From: Thermodesulfobacteriota bacterium | Lineage (GTDB): Bacteria > Desulfobacterota > Binatia > Bin18 | Length of the DNA: 64,000 nucleotides | Assembly (NCBI GenBank): GCA_964291405.2 | Contig: OZ219926.1 | Span: forward strand, 4,352,001-4,416,000 | Reading direction: 5' to 3' | Part shown: positions 8,307 through 17,349 of the stretch, piece after piece | Position numbering within the stretch: the first letter of the stretch is position 1 | Layout of the letters: the number at the start of each line of letters is the position of its first letter | Made by a program: the position numbers and the translations under genes | Notes under the pieces: generated by a model | Database searches by the model: none | What the model was told of the DNA's origin: nothing | What the model saw: the letters and a program-made list of their open reading frames with translations, nothing else

Positions 8307-8541
8307 GCCCAATATAACATTTGGGTTACCGTTTCATTGTGTGGACAGCAGACTATGACTGTCTGTTGATTCCCTGCTACTACGCTAGTTTGCTGGTAGA
8401 TGGCCTACGCTATTGTGATTATCCGATCTTGAGTGAAAATAGAACTATCAGTGGGGTTGATGACGGAATCGGTCCCGCTTTCCTTGACCCTCATCCGGTC
8501 TCTGCCTATGATCCGAGGACGCTGGCTAAAGGAGGGCGGAC

Positions 8542-9720
8542 ATGCCTGCGGGGAACCTCAAAGATGTTGCGGCTGTGTGTGGTGTGGGCCATACGGCATA
8601 CGGTCGGAAAATGAACCGGAGTCAGATCGATCTTGCCGGTGAAGCCATCCGCAACGCGCTCGATGACGCCGGGTTGGGACGGGATGATTTGGACGGGCTT
8701 ATCGTCAGTTTTGGGACGCCGATTGGGGCGGACGCCGACACCCTGGCCTATGCGTTGGGATTAAAGCTGCGCGCGTATAATCAGACTTGGGCGCACGGAC
8801 GGTTTACGGCCAGCAGCATACAGTGGGCGGCGATGATGGTGAGTGCCGGGCTGGCTAATGTGGTGGCTTGCATGGCGTCGATCAGTTTTTCCGGTTTCCG
8901 CAAGCCCATGATGGGCGGGTCCGGAGACGCGGAAGGTGGGCGTGAGGCCGGCGGCGGGCACGGCGAAGACCCGGTGTTCGGCATGACCTCGCCTGGGGCC
9001 GGGGCTGCCCTGGTCGCCCGGAAGTATTTTGATCGCTTTGGCGCAACGAGTGAGCAACTGGCCGCAGTGGCGGTGGCGTTTCGGAAGCATGCCTCTATGA
9101 ATCCGAATGCCGTCATGCAGACACCGATCAGCGTCGAAGATCACCAGAACTCGCGTTTTGTGTGCGAGCCGCTGCACCTGCTGGACTATTGCCTGATTAA
9201 CGATGGCGCGGCGTGCGTTCTGGTGACCACCCAGGAACGTGCGCGGGACATGGCCAAGCGGCCGGTGTGCATGAGCGGCATGCAGGGCCTGCCTGCGGGA
9301 CGGGAGGAATTCATTTGGACCTATCCCGGCTTTGGGACTTCTCAACAAACCGCCTTTGATTATGTGCCCGGCCCGCAGCCCGTGTATGAGATGGCAGATG
9401 TCTCGCCCAAGGATCTGGATGCGCTGTTTACCTATGATGCGTTCTCGATCCTGGCCTGGACCGCGCTGGAGCGCTTTGGGTTCTGCCAGCAGGGCGAAGC
9501 CGCGGCATTTACCCAAGACGGGCGCATCGAGCTGGGTGGGGAGCTACCCATGAACACCAATGGCGGGCTGATGTCCGAGGGCCATATCATGGGCTGGAAT
9601 CATCAGGTCGAGATTGTACGCCAATTACGGGGGGAGTGTGGTGAGCGACAGATTCCGAATGCGCAACTCATCCAATGGGCCAACGCGTACGGAGACTCGT
9701 TAATCTATCGCGCGGGCTGA
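8542..9720 (+). CDS. Thiolase-like protein (SCP2/Ltp2 type, lacks the canonical nucleophilic Cys)
   Basis: DYCLINDGAACVLV, YDAFS, PMNTNGGLMSEGH, VRQLRGECGERQ; AAGGAGG RBS. Confidence 0.88.
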   Translation: MPAGNLKDVAAVCGVGHTAYGRKMNRSQIDLAGEAIRNALDDAGLGRDDLDGLIVSFGTPIGADADTLAYALGLKLRAYNQTWAHGRFTASSIQWAAMMVSAGLANVVACMASISFSGFRKPMMGGSGDAEGGREAGGGHGEDPVFGMTSPGAGAALVARKYFDRFGATSEQLAAVAVAFRKHASMNPNAVMQTPISVEDHQNSRFVCEPLHLLDYCLINDGAACVLVTTQERARDMAKRPVCMSGMQGLPAGREEFIWTYPGFGTSQQTAFDYVPGPQPVYEMADVSPKDLDALFTYDAFSILAWTALERFGFCQQGEAAAFTQDGRIELGGELPMNTNGGLMSEGHIMGWNHQVEIVRQLRGECGERQIPNAQLIQWANAYGDSLIYRAG

Positions 9721-9736
9721 TAAAAAAGGAGAGGGT

Positions 9737-10150
9737 ATGGCCGAGTACACAAAACCGCTCCCGGCGATTTCGACACTGAACCAGCCGTACTGGGATGGCC
9801 TGAAGCAACGGCAGGTGGTGCTGCCCTATTGCGAAGTGTGTGACAAGGTCTGGTATCCTCCGGCTCCGTTTTGCCCGGACTGCTGGTCACGAGATTTTCG
9901 CTGGCAGGCGGTGAGCGGTCGAGGCGTGGTGAACTCCTGGGTCGTTTTTCATCAGGCGTATTTCTCGTCGTTCAAGGATGACATTCCGTACGCTGTTGCC
10001 GAGGTCGAACTGGAAGAAGGCCCCCGTCTGCTGACCAATCTGGTCGAAGTCGCGGACGAGGACATTACCATCGGCATGCCGGTGGAGGTGGTCTTCGATG
10101 ATGTGACCGATGAGGTCACCCTGGCAAAGTTTCGACCCCGGAAAGGGTAA
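9737..10150 (+). CDS. DUF35 Zn-ribbon/OB-fold protein, partner of the thiolase-like protein
   Basis: CEVC...CPDC, VSGRGVVNSW, PYAVAEVELEEGPRLLTNL. Confidence 0.92.
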   Translation: MAEYTKPLPAISTLNQPYWDGLKQRQVVLPYCEVCDKVWYPPAPFCPDCWSRDFRWQAVSGRGVVNSWVVFHQAYFSSFKDDIPYAVAEVELEEGPRLLTNLVEVADEDITIGMPVEVVFDDVTDEVTLAKFRPRKG

Positions 10151-10191
10151 ACAGACCGGTACGGCTGCACTGAAGGAGAAAAGGAGTATCT

Positions 10192-11394
10192 ATGCCCGGT
10201 ATTCTCGACGGTATTCGCGTATTTGACCTCAGTATCGCTGCGGTCGGACCCTGGGCGTCCAAATTGCTGGGCGAACTGGGAGCGGATGTGATTAAGGTTG
10301 AGTCGCCCGGCGGTGAACTCTCGCACGTCATCCCGCCGCCGATTAAGGGCACGGCCGTCCTGTATATCTCGGCCAATTTCAACAAGCGGAATATTGTGCT
10401 CGATCTCAAAGAAGAAGGAGATCGGGCTATTGCGCTCAAGATGGTTGAAAAGAGCGATGTGTTTGTTCAGAACATGCGGCCGGGTGCGGTCGAGCGTTTG
10501 GGTCTGGGCTATGATGTGGTCTCTCAGCTCAACCCGCGCCTGGTGTATCTGTCTGCGTCTGCGTATGGCCGGACTGGTGCGATGGCAAAGGAAGCCGGGA
10601 TCGATCCGACCGTTCAGGCCTTCGGAGGCTGGTGCAGCATTACTGGCACGCCCGGCTCTCAAGGAGAGATGTTCCGTCACCTGGCTCATCTCGACATTAC
10701 GACCAGTACCATGATTGTCGAAGCTGTTTTGCAGGCGCTGCTGGCGCGAGAGCGCTCGGGCAAGGGACAGCACATTGAGATCGATATGATCTCGGCCGCG
10801 ATGTCGCTGCAAACCAGCCGCCTGGCTGAGTATTTCGCGACCGGCGAACAGCCTCGGCCCATGGGTAGTGCCGTGGCAACGACTGTGCCGCACCAGGCCT
10901 TTGTGTGTGAGGATCAGGAATATCTGGCGGTCGGGGTGGTGCGTGAAGATCAGTGGCCGCCTTTCTGTCGTGCTATCGGCCAGGATGCCCTGTGCGACGA
11001 TCCGCGCTTTGCGACCAATCCGAAACGAGTCGAAAACCGGGCCGCCCTCGTAGCGCTGCTGGAAGACCATTTCAAAACCAAGCCAACCCGCTGGTGGAGT
11101 CTGCGGCTGACGCAAGAAGGCGTGCCGAACACGCGGGTGGACCGTACGGTCAATTTTCAGACGCTCCGCGCTGACCCCCAAGTCACCCTGAATCAGCATA
11201 TTGTTGACCTGGAGACGCCGCATTGGGACACGCTCAGCGTCGATGGGCTGCCGTGGAAGTTTGAGAAAACTCCGGCTGGTCCGATTCGTCCGGGCGGACT
11301 GCAAGGCGAGCAGACCGAGGAAGTCCTGCGCGAGTTTGGGATCGCGGCAGAGACGCCGGAGAAAAACGGTAGAGACAAGAGACTGGAGCGGTGA
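10192..11394 (+). CDS. Family III CoA-transferase (CaiB/BaiF), catalytic Asp retained
   Basis: LGELGADVIKVESPGG, NKRNIVLDLK, NMRPGAVERLGLGY; Asp in AHLDITT. Confidence 0.92.
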   Translation: MPGILDGIRVFDLSIAAVGPWASKLLGELGADVIKVESPGGELSHVIPPPIKGTAVLYISANFNKRNIVLDLKEEGDRAIALKMVEKSDVFVQNMRPGAVERLGLGYDVVSQLNPRLVYLSASAYGRTGAMAKEAGIDPTVQAFGGWCSITGTPGSQGEMFRHLAHLDITTSTMIVEAVLQALLARERSGKGQHIEIDMISAAMSLQTSRLAEYFATGEQPRPMGSAVATTVPHQAFVCEDQEYLAVGVVREDQWPPFCRAIGQDALCDDPRFATNPKRVENRAALVALLEDHFKTKPTRWWSLRLTQEGVPNTRVDRTVNFQTLRADPQVTLNQHIVDLETPHWDTLSVDGLPWKFEKTPAGPIRPGGLQGEQTEEVLREFGIAAETPEKNGRDKRLER

Positions 11395-12596
11395 TGCCCG
11401 GTGCACTCGACGGTTTTATCGTTATTGACTTCACCCAAGGACTGTGTGGGCCGTTTGCCTCCATGCGCCTGGCTGACGCTGGGGCCGAGGTGATCAAAAT
11501 CGAGCCGCTGAGCGGCGATACCGCACGGACTATGGGACCGCCGTTCATCCAGGATGAAAGCGCGGTCTTCCTGAGTCTCAATCGGAACAAAAAGAGCGTG
11601 GCCCTCGATGTCACCACACAAGACGGCGGGAAGATTGCGCAACAACTGATCGCCCGGGCCGATGTGGTCTTAGAAGATTTCGGGCCGGGCCAGGCGGAAA
11701 CATTGGGGCTGGGCTACGCAGACCTCAGCCAGACGCATGAGGCGCTGGTGTATTGCGCGATCAGTGCCTTTGGGGAGGAAGGGCCGCTGCGAAACCAGCC
11801 AGGGGCGGAGCTGGTGGTGCAGGCCATGGCCGATTACACCCACTCGCTTGGAAAAATCGGAGAGGCTCCGGTTCGTTTAGGCACGGACGTGGCCAGTCTC
11901 AATACCGGTATCATGGCCTCCCAAGCGATAACGGCCGGGCTGTTTCACCGCGTGCGCAAAGGCGAGGGGCAGCGGGTTGCGGTCAGTATGCTGGGGACTC
12001 TGCTCCATATGCGCGGCATTATGTGGACGTCCATGACGGACCCGGACGAGTGGTATGGATTCCATCTCGATCATTACACCCGACCGCCCGACGAGGGTTA
12101 TAAAACCAAAGACGGTCATGTCTATTTCGGCCTGCGGCGGGGCAGTAGCGAGGATTGGGATCGGCTGATGCTGACGCTTGGCTTGGCAGACTATATTACT
12201 GACCCGCGTTTTCAGGGCTTTGGACGAGAGGCGACCAGCATTGGCCGCTACGCGCCTGAGGTCAAGCCGATTTGGGAGCGAGCCTTTCAGCAATTGACGA
12301 ACGCTGAAGTAGTCAAACTCGTCCATGAATTCCGTGGGGATGCCGTGCCCTTTAATGATTACCCCACGTTATGTGCCCATCCACAGGTGGCCGAGCTCGA
12401 TATCCTGAAAGACGTTGACCACCCGGCGGGAGGGAGCTTTCGGACCATCGGTCCGGTCTGGCGTCTGGCGGATACGCCGGCGGAAATTAGGACCGCCCCG
12501 CCGACTCTCGGTCAGCATACGGACGAAGTCCTGACCGGGATAGGGATGAACGCGACAGACCTTCAGCGGCTCAGAACGGCCAAGGTCGTCGGCTAG
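11391..12596 (+). CDS. Family III CoA-transferase subunit, catalytic Asp apparently replaced by Ser
   Basis: LADAGAEVIKIEP, LNRNKKSVALD, PPTLGQHT; PVRLGTDVASLNTG where the family has PxxxGxxxADxxxG; 4-nt overlap with the previous gene. Confidence 0.9.
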   Translation: MMPGALDGFIVIDFTQGLCGPFASMRLADAGAEVIKIEPLSGDTARTMGPPFIQDESAVFLSLNRNKKSVALDVTTQDGGKIAQQLIARADVVLEDFGPGQAETLGLGYADLSQTHEALVYCAISAFGEEGPLRNQPGAELVVQAMADYTHSLGKIGEAPVRLGTDVASLNTGIMASQAITAGLFHRVRKGEGQRVAVSMLGTLLHMRGIMWTSMTDPDEWYGFHLDHYTRPPDEGYKTKDGHVYFGLRRGSSEDWDRLMLTLGLADYITDPRFQGFGREATSIGRYAPEVKPIWERAFQQLTNAEVVKLVHEFRGDAVPFNDYPTLCAHPQVAELDILKDVDHPAGGSFRTIGPVWRLADTPAEIRTAPPTLGQHTDEVLTGIGMNATDLQRLRTAKVVG

Positions 12597-12774
12597 AGCG
12601 TTTTACTATAGGCTGTAGCCCTGCCGTTACGTGCTCGTCATGTCGGACGCGCTCCGGCATCCCTGCTTCGACTTCGCTCCGCTCCGCTCAGCACGAACGG
12701 CAGACCGTTAGTCCTGAGCGTCAGGCGCAACGCGCCTGAAGTCGAAGGGCTACACGGAATCGTAATTTGCTCTA
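12594..12774. mobile_element. TA-flanked MITE-like element 1 with nested inverted repeats
   Basis: Ends TAGAGC...GCTCTA; inner IR TGTAGCCCT (12614-12622) and AGGGCTACA (12746-12754); internal hairpin CTTCGACTTC...GAAGTCGAAG. Confidence 0.6.
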
Positions 12775-12926
12775 GAGCAAAATTCACATGAGTGTAGCGT
12801 CCCACGGCCTCCGCGCGTTGCCCGATACGTCGGGTGCGCCCTGCGCACCGGGGCAAGGTGGTGCATGGGATGCACCCGACGGAACTCTGGAGAGCACCTC
12901 GCTACACCACGGAGGAAACTGCTCTA
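12773..12926. mobile_element. TA-flanked MITE-like element 2 carrying a REP doublet
   Basis: Ends TAGAGC...GCTCTA, sharing a TA with element 1; inner IR GTGTAGCG (12792-12799) and CGCTACAC (12900-12907); inverted REP-like pair at 12828-12849 and 12860-12881. Confidence 0.6.
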
Positions 12927-12975
12927 ATGTGTCGGATGTAACAGCCAGTCGAGAGGGGCTCAGCGGTCAAGGAAG

Positions 12976-13002
12976 CTCGGGCCGGCTTCGGACCGGCCCG
13001 AG
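12976..13002. terminator. Hairpin downstream of amtB, possible terminator
   Basis: CTCGGGCCGG-N7-CCGGCCCGAG 10-bp stem between convergent genes; weak U tract. Confidence 0.4.
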
Positions 13003-13048
13003 TGCGTTGAGGGATCGATAGCTCCGACGTTGATCGCGGTCAGTCGTC

Positions 13049-14374
13049 TTAGTCGACATAGCCGATCTCGTCGTGGTCGGTCAGGTCGAGACCCTGCTGC
13101 TCACTCTCTTCGCTAATGCGAGCCCCGCCGGTCAGGGCGTTGGCGATCATATAGGCGATCACTGAGACCACGCCACTCCAGATGATGGTGACAATAACGC
13201 TCTTGATCTGCTCAATGACCTGGGCCATCGTAGATGTGGCTTCGAGCCCGGCGCCACCCATGAATTCGGCTGCGCACAGACCGGTCAGGATCGCGCCGAC
13301 AATGCCGCCGACGCCGTGCACGCCGAAGACATCGAGGCTGTCATCATAGCCGAAGGATCGTTTTATCGTGGTGGCGGCCAGATAGCAGAAGAAGGCTGAG
13401 GCTGCGCCGATCAGGATCGCGCCCATGGGACCGGCCGTGCCGCTGGCTGGCGTAATGGCGACCAGACCTGCGATTGCGGCGGTGGCCATGCCAAGAATGC
13501 TCGGCTTGCCATGCCTGACCCACTCGATGAGCATCCAGACGACAACCGCCGTGGCGGTGGAGATCTGGGTGACGAGCAGGGCCATGCCGGCGACGCCGTC
13601 GGCGGCAAGCTCGCTCCCGGCGTTGAAACCAAACCAGCCCACCCAGAGCATAGCGGCTCCGACAACGGTCAGGACGAGGCTGTGGGGTCGCATGGGCTCT
13701 GTGGGGTAGCCGGTGCGCGAGCCGATCATGATGCAGACAACCAGCGCGGCGATCCCGGCGTTGATATGCACGACGGTCCCGCCGGCAAAGTCCAGGACGC
13801 CCCAACCGGCGAACAGGCCACCGCCCCAGGCCATATGCCAGATCGGGACATAGCTGAAGGTGAACCAGATGATCATGAAGATCAGCATGGCGCTGAACTT
13901 CATCCGCTCGGCAAAGGCCCCAACGATGAGCGCCGGGGTGATGATCGCAAAGGTCATCTGGAAGGTCAGGAAGACCGACTCGGGTATGGTGCCACTGAGG
14001 GAATCGACGCTCAGATCATTGAGGAAGAGCTTGGAGGCGTCTCCGATGATGGCGTTCCCCTCGGTGGCGGCAAAGCTGTAGCCGTAGATGATCCAGAGCA
14101 GGGTCATGACCCCGGCCATTGCCAGGCATTGGCCCAGAACGGACAGAACGTTCTTGACCCGCACCAGGCCGCCGTAGAACAGGGCCAGGCCCGGCAGGGT
14201 CATGAAGAGCACCAGTGCCGTGGCAGTAATCATCCAGGCGGTGTCCCCGCTATCGAGCGTTGCTGTTTCCTCGGCCCAGGCTGGCACGGCTGTCCCGAGC
14301 ATGCTGAGTAAACCGAGTGCGAGTGTGCTCCACCCACACCAGGCGGCTTGTTGTGTCTTCCGAAAAAGTTTCAC
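13049..14374 (-). CDS. amtB: Ammonium transporter
   Basis: DTAWMITATALVLFMTLPGLALFYGG, FQMTFA, DFAGGTVVH, WFGFNAGS, DDSLDVFGVHG; GTG start after AAGGAGG; signal-like N-terminus. Confidence 0.96.
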   Translation of the reverse strand: MKLFRKTQQAAWCGWSTLALGLLSMLGTAVPAWAEETATLDSGDTAWMITATALVLFMTLPGLALFYGGLVRVKNVLSVLGQCLAMAGVMTLLWIIYGYSFAATEGNAIIGDASKLFLNDLSVDSLSGTIPESVFLTFQMTFAIITPALIVGAFAERMKFSAMLIFMIIWFTFSYVPIWHMAWGGGLFAGWGVLDFAGGTVVHINAGIAALVVCIMIGSRTGYPTEPMRPHSLVLTVVGAAMLWVGWFGFNAGSELAADGVAGMALLVTQISTATAVVVWMLIEWVRHGKPSILGMATAAIAGLVAITPASGTAGPMGAILIGAASAFFCYLAATTIKRSFGYDDSLDVFGVHGVGGIVGAILTGLCAAEFMGGAGLEATSTMAQVIEQIKSVIVTIIWSGVVSVIAYMIANALTGGARISEESEQQGLDLTDHDEIGYVD

Positions 14375-14472
14375 GGTGAACTCCTCCTTACCCTCACGCC
14401 CAAAGAACAAATATAACCGCTGCCGATTGCCCCGGATTGGCAACAGAAGGCGAGGGTCATCCTTCATAGTAG

Positions 14473-14488
14473 GCAAAAAGAATGCCGA
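14473..14488 (-). promoter_or_regulatory. Putative sigma54 (-24/-12) promoter of amtB
   Basis: Minus strand TCGGCATTCTTTTTGC gives GG-N10-GC; AT-rich tract upstream; two 17-bp NtrC-like boxes at 14552-14568 and 14570-14586. Confidence 0.55.
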
Positions 14489-14613
14489 CCGGGAAGCATC
14501 TAATTTATTTGACTTTTTGTGTTTTGAGAGGGCCTGAGGCGAGACTGCTGCTGACTGGATTTTAAGCAACGCCTATTTTTTCGTCAGCTTTGCGCGTGAG
14601 GGAGGGGCATCCT

Positions 14614-15894
14614 TCATTGGGGAGACCAGAAGGCGATATGGCCGTCTGAGAGCCGCTGGGGTGTGGCATCTTCCGTGACTGGGACAACATAGACGGACGG
14701 GCCCCGAGAGCCTTGACCTGGGTTGGGGCGTATCTGCCCGCTAAAAGTAAAAAACTGGCTGTTCGGAGACCAGAGGCGATGCGAAAGCGCATACTGGTCG
14801 AAATACTGGAAAACGAGAATCTGGGGACGGGATGGAATGAAATCGACCACGGGAATGGATGTTCGGCTATGGACATCCACAACCATCCACGTCCAGTGCG
14901 CTCGCTCCGGGTTGCGTCTGGCATACAGGATACGAGTCCCGTCCGGAGACCAGAAAAAGGCCGCAACAGGCTCTTGAATCAGGGGATGCATCGTGCCTGT
15001 TGCCACGTCGAATAGGCGAACCTCCTCAAAGAGGGGCGCTCTGATAAAGGACGTGGTGGCAATGGCCAACAGGGGTTGAGTCGGGGACCATTCGAGGGCC
15101 ATCCGTCTTGGAACAAGCGCGACGGATTCAGGCCGACTGCCATCGCCGGCAGCGATCATCAGCGCCGCGGGTTCTTGGCCTGCTACCGTATTGCCATAGG
15201 CGAGCCATTTCCCATCAAAAGACCATGACGGTGGCCCAAATATCGAGGGTGAGCGAGAGAGCAGGTGCCGTTCGCCAGTGGGAATGGCCACAACGCTGAT
15301 GGAATGGCCGGCCGCTCCCCCGCGATTTCCTCCCGTATGGGCGAGCACGGCTTGTCCATCCGCGCGCCAATGAAAATAAAAGGGCGCACCCTGGGCAATC
15401 CTGTGAGGGCGCTGGCCATCTGACGTCGGCCAGAGGTTTAATGAAAAAGGTCCTCGCCCGCCCAAAAGGACGCCCAATTGCTGGCTCGTGGGCGACCAAT
15501 AGGCATAAATGGGTTGGAGGCCGGGTTCTTTATAGGAGTGGAGGATTTGGGCGCTGACACCGTCAAAGATATACAGCCCATCCGTGAGTTGACCGCCGTC
15601 GAGCTCAACGCGAAAGCTGGCCAGGCGCTGTCCGTCGGGCGACCAGACTGGCCAGCTGTAAAAGTCCTGATTACGCTGGACCGAGCGAGGCGCGAAATCG
15701 GCCTGCTGGAGCATTTCGCCGGAGGCCATTTTTTGGCGACCGGTTCCGTCCGGCCGAATGGTATACAGGTCGCCGGCGCGATCAATATAGGCGATCCGAT
15801 TGACCGGTGGTGCCGCGCTCGGACTCGGCGCGTGCGTCAGGAGAAGAGCAATCGTAAGGAGAAAGGAAAGAAAAACATGGCAGCGTGCAGTCAT
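14614..15894 (-). CDS. Exported TolB-like beta-propeller protein (PD40/WD40-like repeats)
   Basis: Signal peptide followed by repeated WSPDG, WSPTS, WRADG, WSFDG, WSPN blades. Confidence 0.8.
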   Translation of the reverse strand: MTARCHVFLSFLLTIALLLTHAPSPSAAPPVNRIAYIDRAGDLYTIRPDGTGRQKMASGEMLQQADFAPRSVQRNQDFYSWPVWSPDGQRLASFRVELDGGQLTDGLYIFDGVSAQILHSYKEPGLQPIYAYWSPTSQQLGVLLGGRGPFSLNLWPTSDGQRPHRIAQGAPFYFHWRADGQAVLAHTGGNRGGAAGHSISVVAIPTGERHLLSRSPSIFGPPSWSFDGKWLAYGNTVAGQEPAALMIAAGDGSRPESVALVPRRMALEWSPTQPLLAIATTSFIRAPLFEEVRLFDVATGTMHPLIQEPVAAFFWSPDGTRILYARRNPERAHWTWMVVDVHSRTSIPVVDFIPSRPQILVFQYFDQYALSHRLWSPNSQFFTFSGQIRPNPGQGSRGPSVYVVPVTEDATPQRLSDGHIAFWSPQ

Positions 15895-16091
15895 GATCGC
15901 CCCGGTCCACGGCCACGATAGCAGAGTTTGTGAGAAGGGCAACGATCCAGGAGAAAGGAGCGGGCAGGGGTATATCAACAGGCTGAGCTTGACGGCCCCG
16001 CGTCCCGTTCGGTACGAATGCTGGTCATGGCGAAAAGGATTTCGTTAGTGCGGGAGAACTCCGCAGTGCAGCGAGAGGAGGGGCGGAGAAG

Positions 16092-17267
16092 ATGAAGCGT
16101 ATTGCCATTCTCGGTTCGACCGGCTCCATCGGGGTGTCGACGCTCGATATTGTTGGGCGTTTTCCTGAAAAATTTCGTGTGGTTGCCCTCGCGGCCGGCA
16201 AAAACCTGACGCAACTCATCGCGCAGATCAAATCTTTTCAACCTCTCCTGGTCTCTCTCTCCCAAGAAGAGGACGCAAAAAAGCTACGGCAGGAACTGCC
16301 CGATTTCGAGGGTGATATCGTCTGGGGGGCAGACGGGCTGCTCGCGACCGCGACGCATGAAGACGCGGATATGGTCATGGCCGCCCTTGTGGGGGCCATC
16401 GGACTTCCCCCGACCTTGGCGGCCATACGGGCGGGCAAAGATGTCGCCTTAGCCAACAAAGAAGCCTTGGTCGTGTCCGGCGAACTCATGACGCGTGAGG
16501 CTGCGCAGCACGGAGTGCAACTCCTGCCGGTTGACAGTGAACATAATGCTATTTTTCAGGCCCTGCACGGACACAGACAGGAACGGGTCAAGCGCATTAT
16601 TCTGACCGCCTCCGGCGGACCGTTTTTACACCGTCCGGCTGAGGACTTTCAGACCATACGCATAGAAGAGGCGCTGCAGCACCCGACCTGGAAGATGGGC
16701 AATAAAATCACGATTGACTCGGCAACGCTGATGAACAAGGGGCTTGAAGTCATTGAGGCGCGCTGGCTTTTCAATCTGCCCCCTGAGCAAGTATCGGTGA
16801 TCGTGCATCCACAAAGTATCGTGCACTCCCTGGTGGAGTATGTGGATGGATCGGTGCTGGCTCAGTTGGGCATTCCTGATATGCGGGTGCCGATTTCCTA
16901 TATTCTCGCCTATCCGGACCGTTTGCCGCTCACACATCTACCGCAGTTGAATCTGGCCGAGGCGGCCCGGCTCGAATTTGTCGAGCCGGATTATGACAAG
17001 TTTCCCTGCCTGGGTTTAGCCTATACGGCGCTGGGGCGGGGGGGGACGTGCCCCGCAGCGCTCAACGCCGCGAACGAAGTATCTGTGGCGTCGTTTCTTT
17101 CCGGACGAATAGCCTTCACCGACATTGCCGACATCAATAAGCAGGTCCTCACCGCCCATGCTGTCCAGCCGGTGAAAGACCTGGAGAGCGTTCTTGAGGC
17201 CGATGGGTGGGCACGCGCCCAGGCGAAAAAGATCGCCGGTATATCCGAACAGACTGCGGCGGCCTAG
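16092..17267 (+). CDS. dxr: 1-deoxy-D-xylulose-5-phosphate reductoisomerase
   Basis: ILGSTGSIG, ALANKE, PVDSEH, LTASGGPF, KITIDSATLMNKGLEVIEA. Confidence 0.98.
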   Translation: MKRIAILGSTGSIGVSTLDIVGRFPEKFRVVALAAGKNLTQLIAQIKSFQPLLVSLSQEEDAKKLRQELPDFEGDIVWGADGLLATATHEDADMVMAALVGAIGLPPTLAAIRAGKDVALANKEALVVSGELMTREAAQHGVQLLPVDSEHNAIFQALHGHRQERVKRIILTASGGPFLHRPAEDFQTIRIEEALQHPTWKMGNKITIDSATLMNKGLEVIEARWLFNLPPEQVSVIVHPQSIVHSLVEYVDGSVLAQLGIPDMRVPISYILAYPDRLPLTHLPQLNLAEAARLEFVEPDYDKFPCLGLAYTALGRGGTCPAALNAANEVSVASFLSGRIAFTDIADINKQVLTAHAVQPVKDLESVLEADGWARAQAKKIAGISEQTAAA

Positions 17268-17349
17268 GCAGACGAGAGGGGACCGGTGGACCGGCAACCG
17301 AACCAGAGGGCTGAGCGGGGGCCGGCATGCGGACCGGTGAAAAAACGAA

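Noticed and set aside
8321-8614. 97-aa ORF in the divergent intergenic region
   Set aside because: TTG start without RBS, overlaps the thiolase start out of frame, no recognisable motif.
9952-11406. 484-aa antisense ORF over the CoA-transferase
   Set aside because: Shadow frame of a GC-rich gene; no motifs; the opposite strand has a clear family match.
14375-14569. N-terminal extension of AmtB
   Set aside because: It covers the promoter region; a strong RBS precedes the GTG at 14374.
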